A DNA stretch of 64,000 bases, taken from NCBI GenBank assembly GCA_963681965.1, contig OY820579.1, positions 4,128,001 to 4,192,000 on the forward strand. Reading direction: 5' to 3'. The notes below the pieces were generated by a model. It did not search any database. It was not told the DNA's origin and saw nothing but the letters and a program-made list of their open reading frames with translations. Shown here piece after piece: positions 16,720 to 26,150 of the stretch; position 1 is the first letter of the stretch, and every line of letters begins with the position of its first letter. The translations under genes and the position numbers were made by a program. The DNA comes from a bacterium (lineage in GTDB: Bacteria; Electryoneota; JAOADG01).

Positions 16720-18244
16720 CGGTCTTATCGTGCGCGGTGAATATTTCGATTCCGTCACGCTGATGATGGCGGCGAAGCGCGTCAATGAATTACCCGGTGT
16801 GATCGATAGTGCAATCGTGATGGGTACTGCCGAGAACAAAGCGATTTTAGCGGCATCGGGATTATTGATCGCGTCATTCGCAACGGCTACCGATGCCGAT
16901 TTGTTAATCGCGGCAAAAACCGACGATCCGGCTCGTGCCGAAACAATTCTTCCCGAAATCCGGGAATTATTGAAAACAATTCGGAAACGGGGAACATCCG
17001 GCAGCAAATCGTTACCGCGTACGCTCGATTCGGCAATCAAGCTATTACCGGATGCCAATCTCTGCATGATTTCGGTGGCGGGTCGTTTTGCCGGCGATGT
17101 CGCGATGAATGCATTGCAACACAATTTGCACGTGATGCTGTTCTCGGATAATGTCAGTGTCGAGCGGGAAATTGAATTGAAGCGCTTTGCGCGCGAACAC
17201 GGTTTGCTGCTGATGGGACCCGACTGCGGTACCGCGATTATCAACGGTGTTCCACTCGCGTTTGCGAATGTCGTTCAGCCGGGTGATATCGGTTGTGTCG
17301 CGGCAGCAGGAACGGGACTGCAGGAAGTCACGAGTCTCGTTTCGAATCTCGGCGGCGGTATCTCGCAAGCGATCGGCACCGGTGGTCGCGATGTCAAGCA
17401 AGCCGTCGGCGGAATTATGTTCCTCGAAACGATCCGCCTGCTGGCAGCAGATCCTGCCACAAAAGTCATCGTGCTGATTTCTAAACCGCCGCATCCCGAC
17501 GTTCTGAACAAGATTTTCGAACTTTGTATATCGATTACGAAACCGATTATCGCTTCGTTCCTCGGTGTCGATCCAGAAATCATTCGAGCTGCTGGTATGA
17601 TTCCGGCGCAATCCCTCGCCGCTGCCGCTCGTCGCGTAGTTGCATCGAGTAATCCGGAATTCGCTCCATCGGAATCGTCTGTGATCAATCCCAAAAAAGC
17701 ACCCGTCGAATTCACTGCGCAACAAAAATTTGTTCGTGGATTATTCAGTGGTGGCACTTTCTGTTACGAAGCGCAGTTGCTGTTGCACGATCTAACCGGT
17801 GCGATCTATTCGAATGCTCCAACTGGACGTTCGATCGCACTGGAAAATGTATTAGTAAGCCGCGAACACACGATCATCGATCTCGGTGAAGATGAATTCA
17901 CTGTCGGTCGACCGCACCCGATGATCGATTTTTCACTCCGCAACAAGCGGATTATTCAAGAAGCCGACGACCCTGAAACAGCGGTCATTCTGCTCGATCT
18001 GGTACTTGGCTATGGCGCGAACCGCGATCCACTTACCGACCTGCTACCGGCAATCCGGCAGGCGCAAGCCGTAGCAAAAGATCATTCTCGGAATTTACCC
18101 ATCGTCACTTCGGTGACGGGTACCGATAGCGATCCGCAGTGTCGTTCGACAGTGGTGGAAGGGCTCCGCAGCGCTGGAGTGATTGTTGCGGAATCGAATG
18201 CGGCAGCGTGCGAAATCGTAAAATCACTGCTCGGAATTCACTGA
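16709..18244 (+). CDS. fdrA: FdrA/YahF-like protein (succinyl-CoA synthetase alpha-like)
   Basis: YFDSVTLM, FSDNV, MGPDCGT, GTGLQE, GTGGRD, SKPP, GLFSGGT, GRPHPMID, LDLVLGYG. Confidence 0.92.
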   Translation: MTTNGLIVRGEYFDSVTLMMAAKRVNELPGVIDSAIVMGTAENKAILAASGLLIASFATATDADLLIAAKTDDPARAETILPEIRELLKTIRKRGTSGSKSLPRTLDSAIKLLPDANLCMISVAGRFAGDVAMNALQHNLHVMLFSDNVSVEREIELKRFAREHGLLLMGPDCGTAIINGVPLAFANVVQPGDIGCVAAAGTGLQEVTSLVSNLGGGISQAIGTGGRDVKQAVGGIMFLETIRLLAADPATKVIVLISKPPHPDVLNKIFELCISITKPIIASFLGVDPEIIRAAGMIPAQSLAAAARRVVASSNPEFAPSESSVINPKKAPVEFTAQQKFVRGLFSGGTFCYEAQLLLHDLTGAIYSNAPTGRSIALENVLVSREHTIIDLGEDEFTVGRPHPMIDFSLRNKRIIQEADDPETAVILLDLVLGYGANRDPLTDLLPAIRQAQAVAKDHSRNLPIVTSVTGTDSDPQCRSTVVEGLRSAGVIVAESNAAACEIVKSLLGIH

Positions 18245-18286
18245 ATTGTTCCAAAGAAAATACATGTATCGAGGAAATAGCCAATC

Positions 18287-19690
18287 ATGAGCAATTTATT
18301 CGATCAAAAATTAAATGTGATTAATGTCGGTCTGGAATCGTTTAAGACGACACTCGATGAATCGGGAACGCCCGCAGTGCAGATGGATTGGCGTCCACCA
18401 CTGGCGGTGAGTACGGCTGCTCGCGATGCGATCACCGCTCATCGCACCGAAATCGACCAAGCGAATCGCGAGACGGTCGACCGCATCATCGCCGGAAAAC
18501 CATATTGGATTGGCTTGGGTCACGCGCTTGAATGTATCCCCGGCATGCACCCGAAATTGATTCTGCACGCCGGACCACCGATCACCTGGGAGCGGATGTG
18601 CGGACCGATGCGCGGCGCGATCATCGGCGCGTTGTTGTATGAAGGACTCGCCGCGGACGAAGTCACAGCCGAACAGATGGCGGCATCCGGCGAAATCGAA
18701 TACGCCCCGTGTCATGAACACGCCACAGTCGGTCCAATGGCGGGAATCGTGTCGGCGTCGATGCCGGTCTCGGTGGTGTTCAATGCCACGTTTGGCAATT
18801 ATGCCTACACCACACTGAATGAAGGTCTTGGTAAAGTATTGCGCTACGGTGCCTACAGCCCAGAAGTACTGACCCGCTTAAAGTGGATGGAACGCGTGTT
18901 GTTTCCGGTGCTGCAGGCTGCCGTCGCCCATGCCGAGAAAATCGATCTCAAAGCGATCATAGCCCAAGCGCTGCACATGGGCGATGAAGTGCACAACCGC
19001 AATCGCGCGGCGACCTCGCTGCTCTACCGTACATTGGCAACACATATCGTGCGTACTGCCGAGGATTACGAAACCGCTGCGAAAGTACTCGACTTCATCA
19101 ACGGTAACGATCATTTCTTCCTGAATCTTTCCATGGCATCCGGGAAAGCATGTCTCGATGCTGCGCGCGATATTCCCAATAGCAGCGTCGCCATCGTGAT
19201 GGCACGCAATGGTACCGACTTCGGGATCCAACTATCCGGCACGGGAAATCGCTGGTTCACCGGTCCTGCGCCGGTTCCCGATGCACTCTTCTTTCCCGGA
19301 TTCACGAAAGCCGATGCCAATCCCGACATCGGCGACAGCGCTATCACCGAAACGTATGGTCTCGGCGGTTTCGCGATCGCAGCATCACCCGCGATCGTGC
19401 AATTCGTCGGCGGTCAAGCCAGCGACGCGCTGCAATACACTTTGAAGATGTACGACATCACGACAGCGGAGAATCCCGGATTCCAAATTCCCGCGCTCGA
19501 TTTCCGCGGTACGCCGATCGGGATCGATGTCCGTAAAGTTGTCGATACCGGCATTCTCCCGTTTATCGATACGGGCGTCGCACACAAAAAACCCGGCATC
19601 GGTCAAGTTGGAGCAGGAGTGTTATCAGCACCGCCGGAACCGTTTATCAACGCCTTTGAAGGTTTTTCCGAACAATACCGAAACGCATAA
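18287..19690 (+). CDS. DUF1116 family protein (YahG/YlbE-like)
   Basis: N-terminal VINVG...DWRPP, LHAGPP, VGPMAG, NEGLGKVLRYGA, MGDE.HNRN, RNGTDFG, PDIGDSAITE, GQVGAG. Confidence 0.92.
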   Translation: MSNLFDQKLNVINVGLESFKTTLDESGTPAVQMDWRPPLAVSTAARDAITAHRTEIDQANRETVDRIIAGKPYWIGLGHALECIPGMHPKLILHAGPPITWERMCGPMRGAIIGALLYEGLAADEVTAEQMAASGEIEYAPCHEHATVGPMAGIVSASMPVSVVFNATFGNYAYTTLNEGLGKVLRYGAYSPEVLTRLKWMERVLFPVLQAAVAHAEKIDLKAIIAQALHMGDEVHNRNRAATSLLYRTLATHIVRTAEDYETAAKVLDFINGNDHFFLNLSMASGKACLDAARDIPNSSVAIVMARNGTDFGIQLSGTGNRWFTGPAPVPDALFFPGFTKADANPDIGDSAITETYGLGGFAIAASPAIVQFVGGQASDALQYTLKMYDITTAENPGFQIPALDFRGTPIGIDVRKVVDTGILPFIDTGVAHKKPGIGQVGAGVLSAPPEPFINAFEGFSEQYRNA

Positions 19691-19728
19691 CGAACGAATA
19701 CAATCAATCGAAAATGAAGGAGCAGAGC

Positions 19729-20541
19729 ATGAAGACTGAAGAATTTCTGGCATTCATGGGCAAATTGAAGCTCTACGATTTAACCCAGCGACTTTCGATC
19801 CACACCCCCCCGTGGCCGAGTTACATGCCGCTCGGGATCCAGTATTTCAAGCGCATCGCTGGCGCACACATGGGTCAGGGCGCCAATGGTCAAATCATCA
19901 CGACCAGCAATCATGTCGGTACCCATATCGATGGCGAGATTCATTTTCACGCGAGCGGTCGTGCGATCGGTCAGGTTCCGATGACGGAGTGGGTTGGTGA
20001 TGGCGTGATTGTCGATATTTCTAAAGAGGTCGAGGATTACGGTCTCTATTCGCCGGATTTATTGATGAGCAAAGCCGAAATCAAGAAGGGCGACATTCTG
20101 ATCATCAATACCGGCTATCACAAGTATGCCTGGGATCAACCCGGTTCCGACGAAATCCGCTACTTCGTGAAGCATCCCGGACCCGATCCGGAATTTCACA
20201 AGTGGGCGCTAAAAATGAAATTCAAGTGGATCGGCGTCGATTGCGGCAGCGCCGACCATCCGATGAACACAATCATTCGCAACTGGCATCCGAAACCGTT
20301 CATCGAAGCCGAGAAGAAATTGAAGAAGCAGTACGGCAAGGATTGGGATGAATTCTTCCCACCGGAAATTTATTATCAGGTAATGCACCTAAAATTGTTC
20401 CCGAAGAAATTGGTGCATGCCGAAAATCTCGGTGGTGAAATCGACAAACTCTCCAACAAACGCGCGTGGATCGGTCTGTTCCCGTTGCGCGGTATCGAGC
20501 TGGAATCGTCGATGTGCCGGATTGTCGCAATGCTTCCCTGA
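19729..20541 (+). CDS. Metal-dependent cyclase/hydrolase (kynurenine formamidase-like family)
   Basis: HVGTHID motif, GDILIINTG, GVD..S.DHP, HAENLGG. AAGGAG RBS before ATG 19729. Confidence 0.92.
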   Translation: MKTEEFLAFMGKLKLYDLTQRLSIHTPPWPSYMPLGIQYFKRIAGAHMGQGANGQIITTSNHVGTHIDGEIHFHASGRAIGQVPMTEWVGDGVIVDISKEVEDYGLYSPDLLMSKAEIKKGDILIINTGYHKYAWDQPGSDEIRYFVKHPGPDPEFHKWALKMKFKWIGVDCGSADHPMNTIIRNWHPKPFIEAEKKLKKQYGKDWDEFFPPEIYYQVMHLKLFPKKLVHAENLGGEIDKLSNKRAWIGLFPLRGIELESSMCRIVAMLP

Positions 20542-20611
20542 TCGGTGTTGGGGATTGGTGCTTGGTGCGAGGAAAAGAAGTCGGGTGCATTGAGGATGAA
20601 CTACTTTTTTG

Positions 20612-20750
20612 GTAGGGGCGGTTCGCGAACCGCCTGTATCTAGTGGATAATTACTTGCGAAATTTTGCAGGCTCTTTCGGCAGAAGGGGCGGACCCCCGT
20701 GTCCGCCCGCAGATATTTTTTACTAGTACCGGTACTCTTGTCTGTACACG
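20612..20750. repeat. REP-like hairpin cluster inside the catabolic cluster
   Basis: GTAGGGGCGGTTCGCGAACCGCC at 20612, GGGCGGACCCCCGTGTCCGCCC at about 20686, and a degenerate ...TGTCTGTACACGT. Confidence 0.8.
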
Positions 20751-20831
20751 TTGTGCAGCGCCGATCATAGCATCCTGACAATAATAGATTTATTACAGTT
20801 TGACCGATACAAGCGTTAATGAGGAGTCGTC

Positions 20832-21719
20832 ATGGCGATCCTGCATGAATTCGACTACCACCGCCCGGAAACGGTGTCGGCGGCAGTCAAACTACTGACC
20901 AAATTCAAACATCCGATGTTGCTGGCAGGCGGCACCGATCTGATCAATGAATTGAAAGCGGAAGTCATCCACCCGGATGGAGTCATCGATCTCAAAGCAA
21001 TTCCCGAACTGCACGACATTACATTTTCGAATGGCGTCTTGACAATCGGTGCGGCTGTGACTTTTGCCGAATTGATCGAATCGCGGATCATTCAAACGAA
21101 ATTCCCGGTGATTGCGGAAGTCGCGCGAACCGTCGGTTCCACCGGTGTTCGCAATCGCGCCACCATGATCGGGAATATCTGTTCCGCCGTTCCCTGTGCC
21201 GACAGCGCCCCGTTGCTCACCGCCTATGAAGCGCACGTGTTGGTGCGCAGCCTCCGATCGAAACGAAAAATTCCGATCGCCTCGTGGTTCATCGGCAATC
21301 GCAAAACCGCCATCAAACCGGGTGAGATCGTTACTGCGGTGGAAATCGCATTGCCTGCCCGCAATCATGCCGGTTGCTTTGTGAAGTTGGGTCGCTACTC
21401 CGGTGAAGATCTGGCGCAAGCGAGTGTGATTATACTCGCGCTACCGAAACGCCAATATCGCATCGCGTTTGGTTCGGTCGGGATTACGCCAATTCGCGCC
21501 GAGCGGCTGGAAAAGCTGTTGAACGGGCATCTTCCATCGGACGAGCGTATTGCTGAAGCCAAAGCCATCATTCCGGAAATTGTCAAACCGATCTCCGATA
21601 TCCGTGCCTCGAAAGAGTACCGGTTACATATGTGTCAGGTAATGTTTGCGCGCGGAATCGAAGCCGCCGTCGCACGCCTGAATGGTAACGGTTCCGAATA
21701 CGGTTCGAAGTTGATCTAG
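20832..21719 (+). CDS. Xanthine dehydrogenase/CoxM-family FAD-binding subunit
   Basis: LAGGTDL, IGA.VT, RN.AT..GN....P.AD, D.RAS.EYR. Confidence 0.93.
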   Translation: MAILHEFDYHRPETVSAAVKLLTKFKHPMLLAGGTDLINELKAEVIHPDGVIDLKAIPELHDITFSNGVLTIGAAVTFAELIESRIIQTKFPVIAEVARTVGSTGVRNRATMIGNICSAVPCADSAPLLTAYEAHVLVRSLRSKRKIPIASWFIGNRKTAIKPGEIVTAVEIALPARNHAGCFVKLGRYSGEDLAQASVIILALPKRQYRIAFGSVGITPIRAERLEKLLNGHLPSDERIAEAKAIIPEIVKPISDIRASKEYRLHMCQVMFARGIEAAVARLNGNGSEYGSKLI

Positions 21720-21733
21720 GAGAGCGTGTCGCC

Positions 21734-22243
21734 ATGAACAATAAAACAGCATTTATCCTGAATGGTCAATCCGTGGAAATCGCGGTGGAACCGCATGAAA
21801 TCCTACTCGACGTGTTGCGCTACAAGCTCGGTGTGAAAAGTCCGAAATGCGGCTGCGATCGCGGCGATTGCGGGTCGTGTACCGTCATGATCGACGGTCG
21901 CACCGTCCGCAGTTGCATGGTGCTTGCGATCGAAATTGCCGGGCAGCGTGTCACGACCCTCGAAGGCTTGATGGCAGGCGGCGAGCTGACCAATCTGCAA
22001 CAGGCATTCCTGAAACATAATTCGTTTCAGTGTGGCTACTGCGCACCCGGAATGATTCTCTCCGCGACCGAATTGCTTGCGAAAAATCCTCATCCCGACA
22101 AGACCGAAATCAATCAAGCGATCGCGGGTAACCTCTGTCGCTGTACCGGATATCATCCGATCACCGATGCAATCGTCGAAGTCGCGAACGAAGCACCTCC
22201 GCCACCGAAAATTGCCAAAGCTGCGAAAGGAGGTCGGCGATGA
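21734..22243 (+). CDS. Xanthine dehydrogenase/CoxS-family [2Fe-2S] subunit
   Basis: GCDRGDCGSCTV...SC, QCGYCAPG, GNLCRCTGY. Confidence 0.95.
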   Translation: MNNKTAFILNGQSVEIAVEPHEILLDVLRYKLGVKSPKCGCDRGDCGSCTVMIDGRTVRSCMVLAIEIAGQRVTTLEGLMAGGELTNLQQAFLKHNSFQCGYCAPGMILSATELLAKNPHPDKTEINQAIAGNLCRCTGYHPITDAIVEVANEAPPPPKIAKAAKGGRR

Positions 22244-24585
22244 GTGAACTCAATTTTGTCGGTCACGATGCCATTCGAGTGGATGGAAAAGTCAAAGTCA
22301 CCGGTGCCGCACAATTCGTCGACGATCTCGAATTCGGTCCCGGATTGTTGTTTGCCGAAATCATCGAGAGTCCCCACGCACATGCATTGATCAAAAAAAT
22401 CGATACCCGTGCGGCGGAAAAAGTGCCGGGTGTCGTGAAGATCGTCACTGGCGCCAATTTTCCGTATCGCTTCGGGTTGTATATGCACGACCGGTATATC
22501 TTTGCGCAGGATCGTGTCCGGTTCGTCGGCGAGCAAGTCGCCGCAGTGATCGCGCGCGATGTCGTGACGGCGAAGCGCGCCGCGAAACTGGTGAAAGTGA
22601 CCTATCGGGAACTCCCGCCGATCCTCGATGTCGCAACCGCAATGTCGCCTGATGCCTTGTTGATCCATCCCGAATTGAAAGGATACCACCACGTCCCGTG
22701 GTTCTTCCCGCAAGCGGACAGCAATATTGCGCACTGGCGCAAAGTCCGGAAAGGGGATACCGACGCAGGGATGCGCGAAGCCGATTTTATCTTCGAAGAT
22801 ACTTACACCGTTCCACGATATGCGCATTGCGCCATCGAGACTCATGGTGCCGTCGGACAATTCGATTTGTCGGGACGATTGACTGTCTGGTCGGCATCTC
22901 AATCGCCGTTCACTCAGCGCAATCTCTTTGCCGAAGCGCTTGCACCGTTGGGCATTACGCATAGCGATGTGCGGGTAATCGCACCGTATGTTGGTGGTGG
23001 ATTTGGCGGTAAAGCCGGAGTGTCGATGGAGATTCTCGCGGCAGCATTGGCAACTGCCGTACAGGGAAATCCGGTGAAAGTGCTCTGGTCGCGCGAACAG
23101 GAATTTTACAACACCTATCAGCGGCAAGGGGTGACGGCGAAAACCAAAATCGGTGTGAAGCGCGACGGTACGATCACTGCGCTGGAACAGACGTTGTATT
23201 GGGATGCCGGCGCGTATGTCGAATATGGCGCGAATGTCGTGAATGCCGCCGGTCTCTCTGCTACCGGACCATACCGCATTCCGCATGTCAAAATCGATTC
23301 GTATTGCGTCTATACCAATCTCCCGCCGGGTGGTCCGTACCGCGGCTTCGGCTATTCCGAATTCCTGTTCGGTCTCGAATCGCACATCAACGAAACCGCG
23401 AAAGCGCTCGGCATCGATCCAGTCGAGTTCCGGCGGATCAACGCGATTCAGGCGGGCGACACGCTAACCTACGGTGCGAAAATGAATCCAAGCGGGATGA
23501 AAGAGTGTATCGATAAAGCGGCAGCAGCAATCGAATGGGGCACGCCATCGCTTCCATCCGACAACCCGAATATCTTGAAAGGGAAAGGCTTCGCCTGCTT
23601 CTGGAAAGCACCGGCAATGCCGCCGAATGCGGCTTCGACCGCATTCATCAAATTCAATGAAGATGCCAGTCTGAATATTCTGGTATCTGCGATGGAGATC
23701 GGACAAGGCTTCCTGACAGTGATGGCGCAAATTGCCGCGGAGGTTTTAACAATTCCGGTCGAAAAGATTCGCGTTGAATTGCCGGACACCGATCGCAATC
23801 CGTACGAATGGCAAACCGTCGCCTCGCATATCACGTGGGGTACCGGCAATGCCGTCAAGAAGGCGGCGGAGGATTGCCGTGAGCAAATCTTTGCCGTGGT
23901 CGAACGCGCACTCGGCAAGTCGCACGAGGATTTATTTCTCGTGAATGAGGAAGTACATTCTCACAAAGATCTGGAATTCATCCTTCCGTTACGGAATTTC
24001 GTGATCAACGGGATCATGATGCCTGACGGCACCTTTCGCGGCGGTCCGATCATGGGACGTGGCACCTTCATGCCGGAATTTGCCTCGGCGCAATCCGATC
24101 CCGAGACCAGTCAAGGCAGCAAACCGAATGTTCATTACACCGTCGGTGCTGCTGCCGTTGAAGTCGAAATCGATCGTGAAAGCGGGAGTGTCCGCATTCC
24201 CCGGGTCGCGCTCGCAGTCGATGTCGGCAAGGCGATCAATCCCGGTCTGGTGAAGGATCAGGTGATCGGTGGATTAATGCAGGGGATCGCGACGGTGCTC
24301 TATGAAGACATGCGGTTCGATGCAAAGGGACGAATGCTGAACGACAACTTCACCGACTATAAAATTCCGACGGCACTCGATGTTCCCGACGAAGTGATTC
24401 CGATTATCGTCGAAGTCGCGCAACCGGACGGTCCCTATGGCGCTCGCGGGATGGGTGAACATACGATGATTCCAGCCGCGCCGATGATTGCGAATGCGAT
24501 CGAGAATGCGACCGGTATTCGAATCAAAGCGATGCCGATCACTGCCGAAAAAATCGCACTGGCAATCAAGAATCGCGGAGCGTAA
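22240..24585 (+). CDS. Xanthine dehydrogenase-family molybdopterin-binding subunit
   Basis: KVTG.A.F.DD, GGGFGGK, YRGFG, EIGQG, DYKIPT, GPYGARGMGE (catalytic Glu). ATGA overlap with the small subunit. Confidence 0.95.
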   Translation: MSELNFVGHDAIRVDGKVKVTGAAQFVDDLEFGPGLLFAEIIESPHAHALIKKIDTRAAEKVPGVVKIVTGANFPYRFGLYMHDRYIFAQDRVRFVGEQVAAVIARDVVTAKRAAKLVKVTYRELPPILDVATAMSPDALLIHPELKGYHHVPWFFPQADSNIAHWRKVRKGDTDAGMREADFIFEDTYTVPRYAHCAIETHGAVGQFDLSGRLTVWSASQSPFTQRNLFAEALAPLGITHSDVRVIAPYVGGGFGGKAGVSMEILAAALATAVQGNPVKVLWSREQEFYNTYQRQGVTAKTKIGVKRDGTITALEQTLYWDAGAYVEYGANVVNAAGLSATGPYRIPHVKIDSYCVYTNLPPGGPYRGFGYSEFLFGLESHINETAKALGIDPVEFRRINAIQAGDTLTYGAKMNPSGMKECIDKAAAAIEWGTPSLPSDNPNILKGKGFACFWKAPAMPPNAASTAFIKFNEDASLNILVSAMEIGQGFLTVMAQIAAEVLTIPVEKIRVELPDTDRNPYEWQTVASHITWGTGNAVKKAAEDCREQIFAVVERALGKSHEDLFLVNEEVHSHKDLEFILPLRNFVINGIMMPDGTFRGGPIMGRGTFMPEFASAQSDPETSQGSKPNVHYTVGAAAVEVEIDRESGSVRIPRVALAVDVGKAINPGLVKDQVIGGLMQGIATVLYEDMRFDAKGRMLNDNFTDYKIPTALDVPDEVIPIIVEVAQPDGPYGARGMGEHTMIPAAPMIANAIENATGIRIKAMPITAEKIALAIKNRGA

Positions 24586-24626
24586 CAAATCATTTATCGG
24601 TGAATATCGTATCAATGAAACGTTTG

Positions 24627-24650
24627 AAACCCGCCTTATTGGCGGGTTTT
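24627..24650. terminator. Intrinsic terminator between convergent genes
   Basis: AAACCCGCC-ttatt-GGCGGGTTTT. Confidence 0.75.
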
Positions 24651-24695
24651 GGCGTTATACACAGTTTTGAATGGATGGCGATTCGAATCTTCTGT

Positions 24696-25826
24696 TTATT
24701 CACCCAACAGTCGTTCGTACAGTGCAAACAGCTTTTCCTCTTCCGGTTCCCAACGAATATTCTTGCGCACCCATTCCCGAGCAGCCGCTCCTGCTCGCAC
24801 GCGCTCCCGTTCGTCCGACAGCACGGCAGCGATCGTATCGGCAATCGCAGTGGCATCTTCGGGAATGTAATAGACGCCGGGCAGATCGTTCGGCAGCACG
24901 TCCGCCAACGCTGCCAGTTTCGTGGTAATCACCGGTACGCCCCAACCGAGGTAGTAGAAGATTTTTTGCGGAATATTGAACCGGTAGCGATCAACCATCG
25001 TCGGCATCACTGCCAATTTCGCCATTGCCATTAAATCGTAATTCTCGTCGAGTGAAACATAACCGCGATGCTCGACCAATTCTTCGATACCGCGCGAAAT
25101 CAACGCTCGATCCCAGGGCAACAATTCCGGATCGGTCGGCGGTGTGCCGGTAAAAATCATTCGTGTCGGTCTACCGCGATCCTTTAACATTTTCAGAGCA
25201 TCGAGGATCAATGTCCCGCCGCGATCTTGTGTCAAAATACCGCCGTAATGCAGTTCCGGATGATTGCTCGGACGTTCCGGAATCGCGCGGTCCAATTCGA
25301 ATTGAAAGGGGAAATTCAACAACGGCTGTACCGGTTTGATCCGTTTATCGAGATAATAGCGTGCCGTCGGATTGTCGCTTGTCAACGTTGCATCGACTTG
25401 GTGCACCAGAAACGGAATGATATCGTTGGAAAACCACTGAAAGAATGGTTGCTTGAAGGTGCCCTGAGCATAATCGGCATATCGCGCGGCATCCGGATAG
25501 AATTCGTACGAATCGAAGATCGATGCGACATGTCGACGTTTGGCAATTTCAATCAAGATCGGCAATTGTTCGGGTGAATTGATCTGAATCGCGTCGGGCG
25601 GATCTGCCAGCATTTTGCGGCGATAAATTTTCATTCGCTCGTAACGTTCGCGAAACGATTGTCCCCCGGGATACCCGAAGATCTCGATTCCATCGACAAT
25701 TTTGTGATCGAATTTCGCGCGCGCGTGGATCTCGACCCGGTATTTTTTGGCGAGAGAGCGCGCAATACGCCACATCCGGACGTAATCCCACTGCGTGATG
25801 GTCGCTAGATGTACAATTCGTTTCAT
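24696..25826 (-). CDS. Glycosyltransferase family 4 (GT-B)
   Basis: D..E.YP, YGG....RG, P.K.F.Y...GVPVITT, C-terminal WE. Start uncertain. Confidence 0.85.
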   Translation of the reverse strand: MKRIVHLATITQWDYVRMWRIARSLAKKYRVEIHARAKFDHKIVDGIEIFGYPGGQSFRERYERMKIYRRKMLADPPDAIQINSPEQLPILIEIAKRRHVASIFDSYEFYPDAARYADYAQGTFKQPFFQWFSNDIIPFLVHQVDATLTSDNPTARYYLDKRIKPVQPLLNFPFQFELDRAIPERPSNHPELHYGGILTQDRGGTLILDALKMLKDRGRPTRMIFTGTPPTDPELLPWDRALISRGIEELVEHRGYVSLDENYDLMAMAKLAVMPTMVDRYRFNIPQKIFYYLGWGVPVITTKLAALADVLPNDLPGVYYIPEDATAIADTIAAVLSDERERVRAGAAAREWVRKNIRWEPEEEKLFALYERLLGE

Positions 25827-26003
25827 TGGAATAGTGATCAAATTCGTCGAGTACTGAAATAAACGCTTCTGTTTAGCGGTCGGAACGAAATCACGACCGA
25901 ACTAGACAGCTTATATAATACAGGGAACGTGAAAATATCGTGAATAATCGCGATTAATGCAACCGAAATTTTTCCGACCATTTCTGGTATTCTTTATCTT
26001 GAA

Positions 26004-26102
26004 GTAGGAACTGGTCCCAGCATCCGCCCGTTTATTTTCAGTTGTAGCCTCAGGCTTTAGACTGCGAGCATCTTCTCATGGTAGGTCGGAATTTATTCCG
26101 AC
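26004..26102. repeat. REP-like hairpin cluster (three different types)
   Basis: GTAG feet at 26004, 26044 (GTAGCCTCAGGCTTTAGACTGCG) and 26081 (GTAGGTCGGAATTTATTCCGAC). Confidence 0.85.
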
Positions 26103-26150
26103 TTCTCTAGAATTTCTTGAAATCATTCGACTATTACTTCATAATATGAA

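Noticed and set aside
22153-23385. 410-aa antisense ORF
   Set aside because: Antisense to the Mo-binding subunit; typical shadow ORF.
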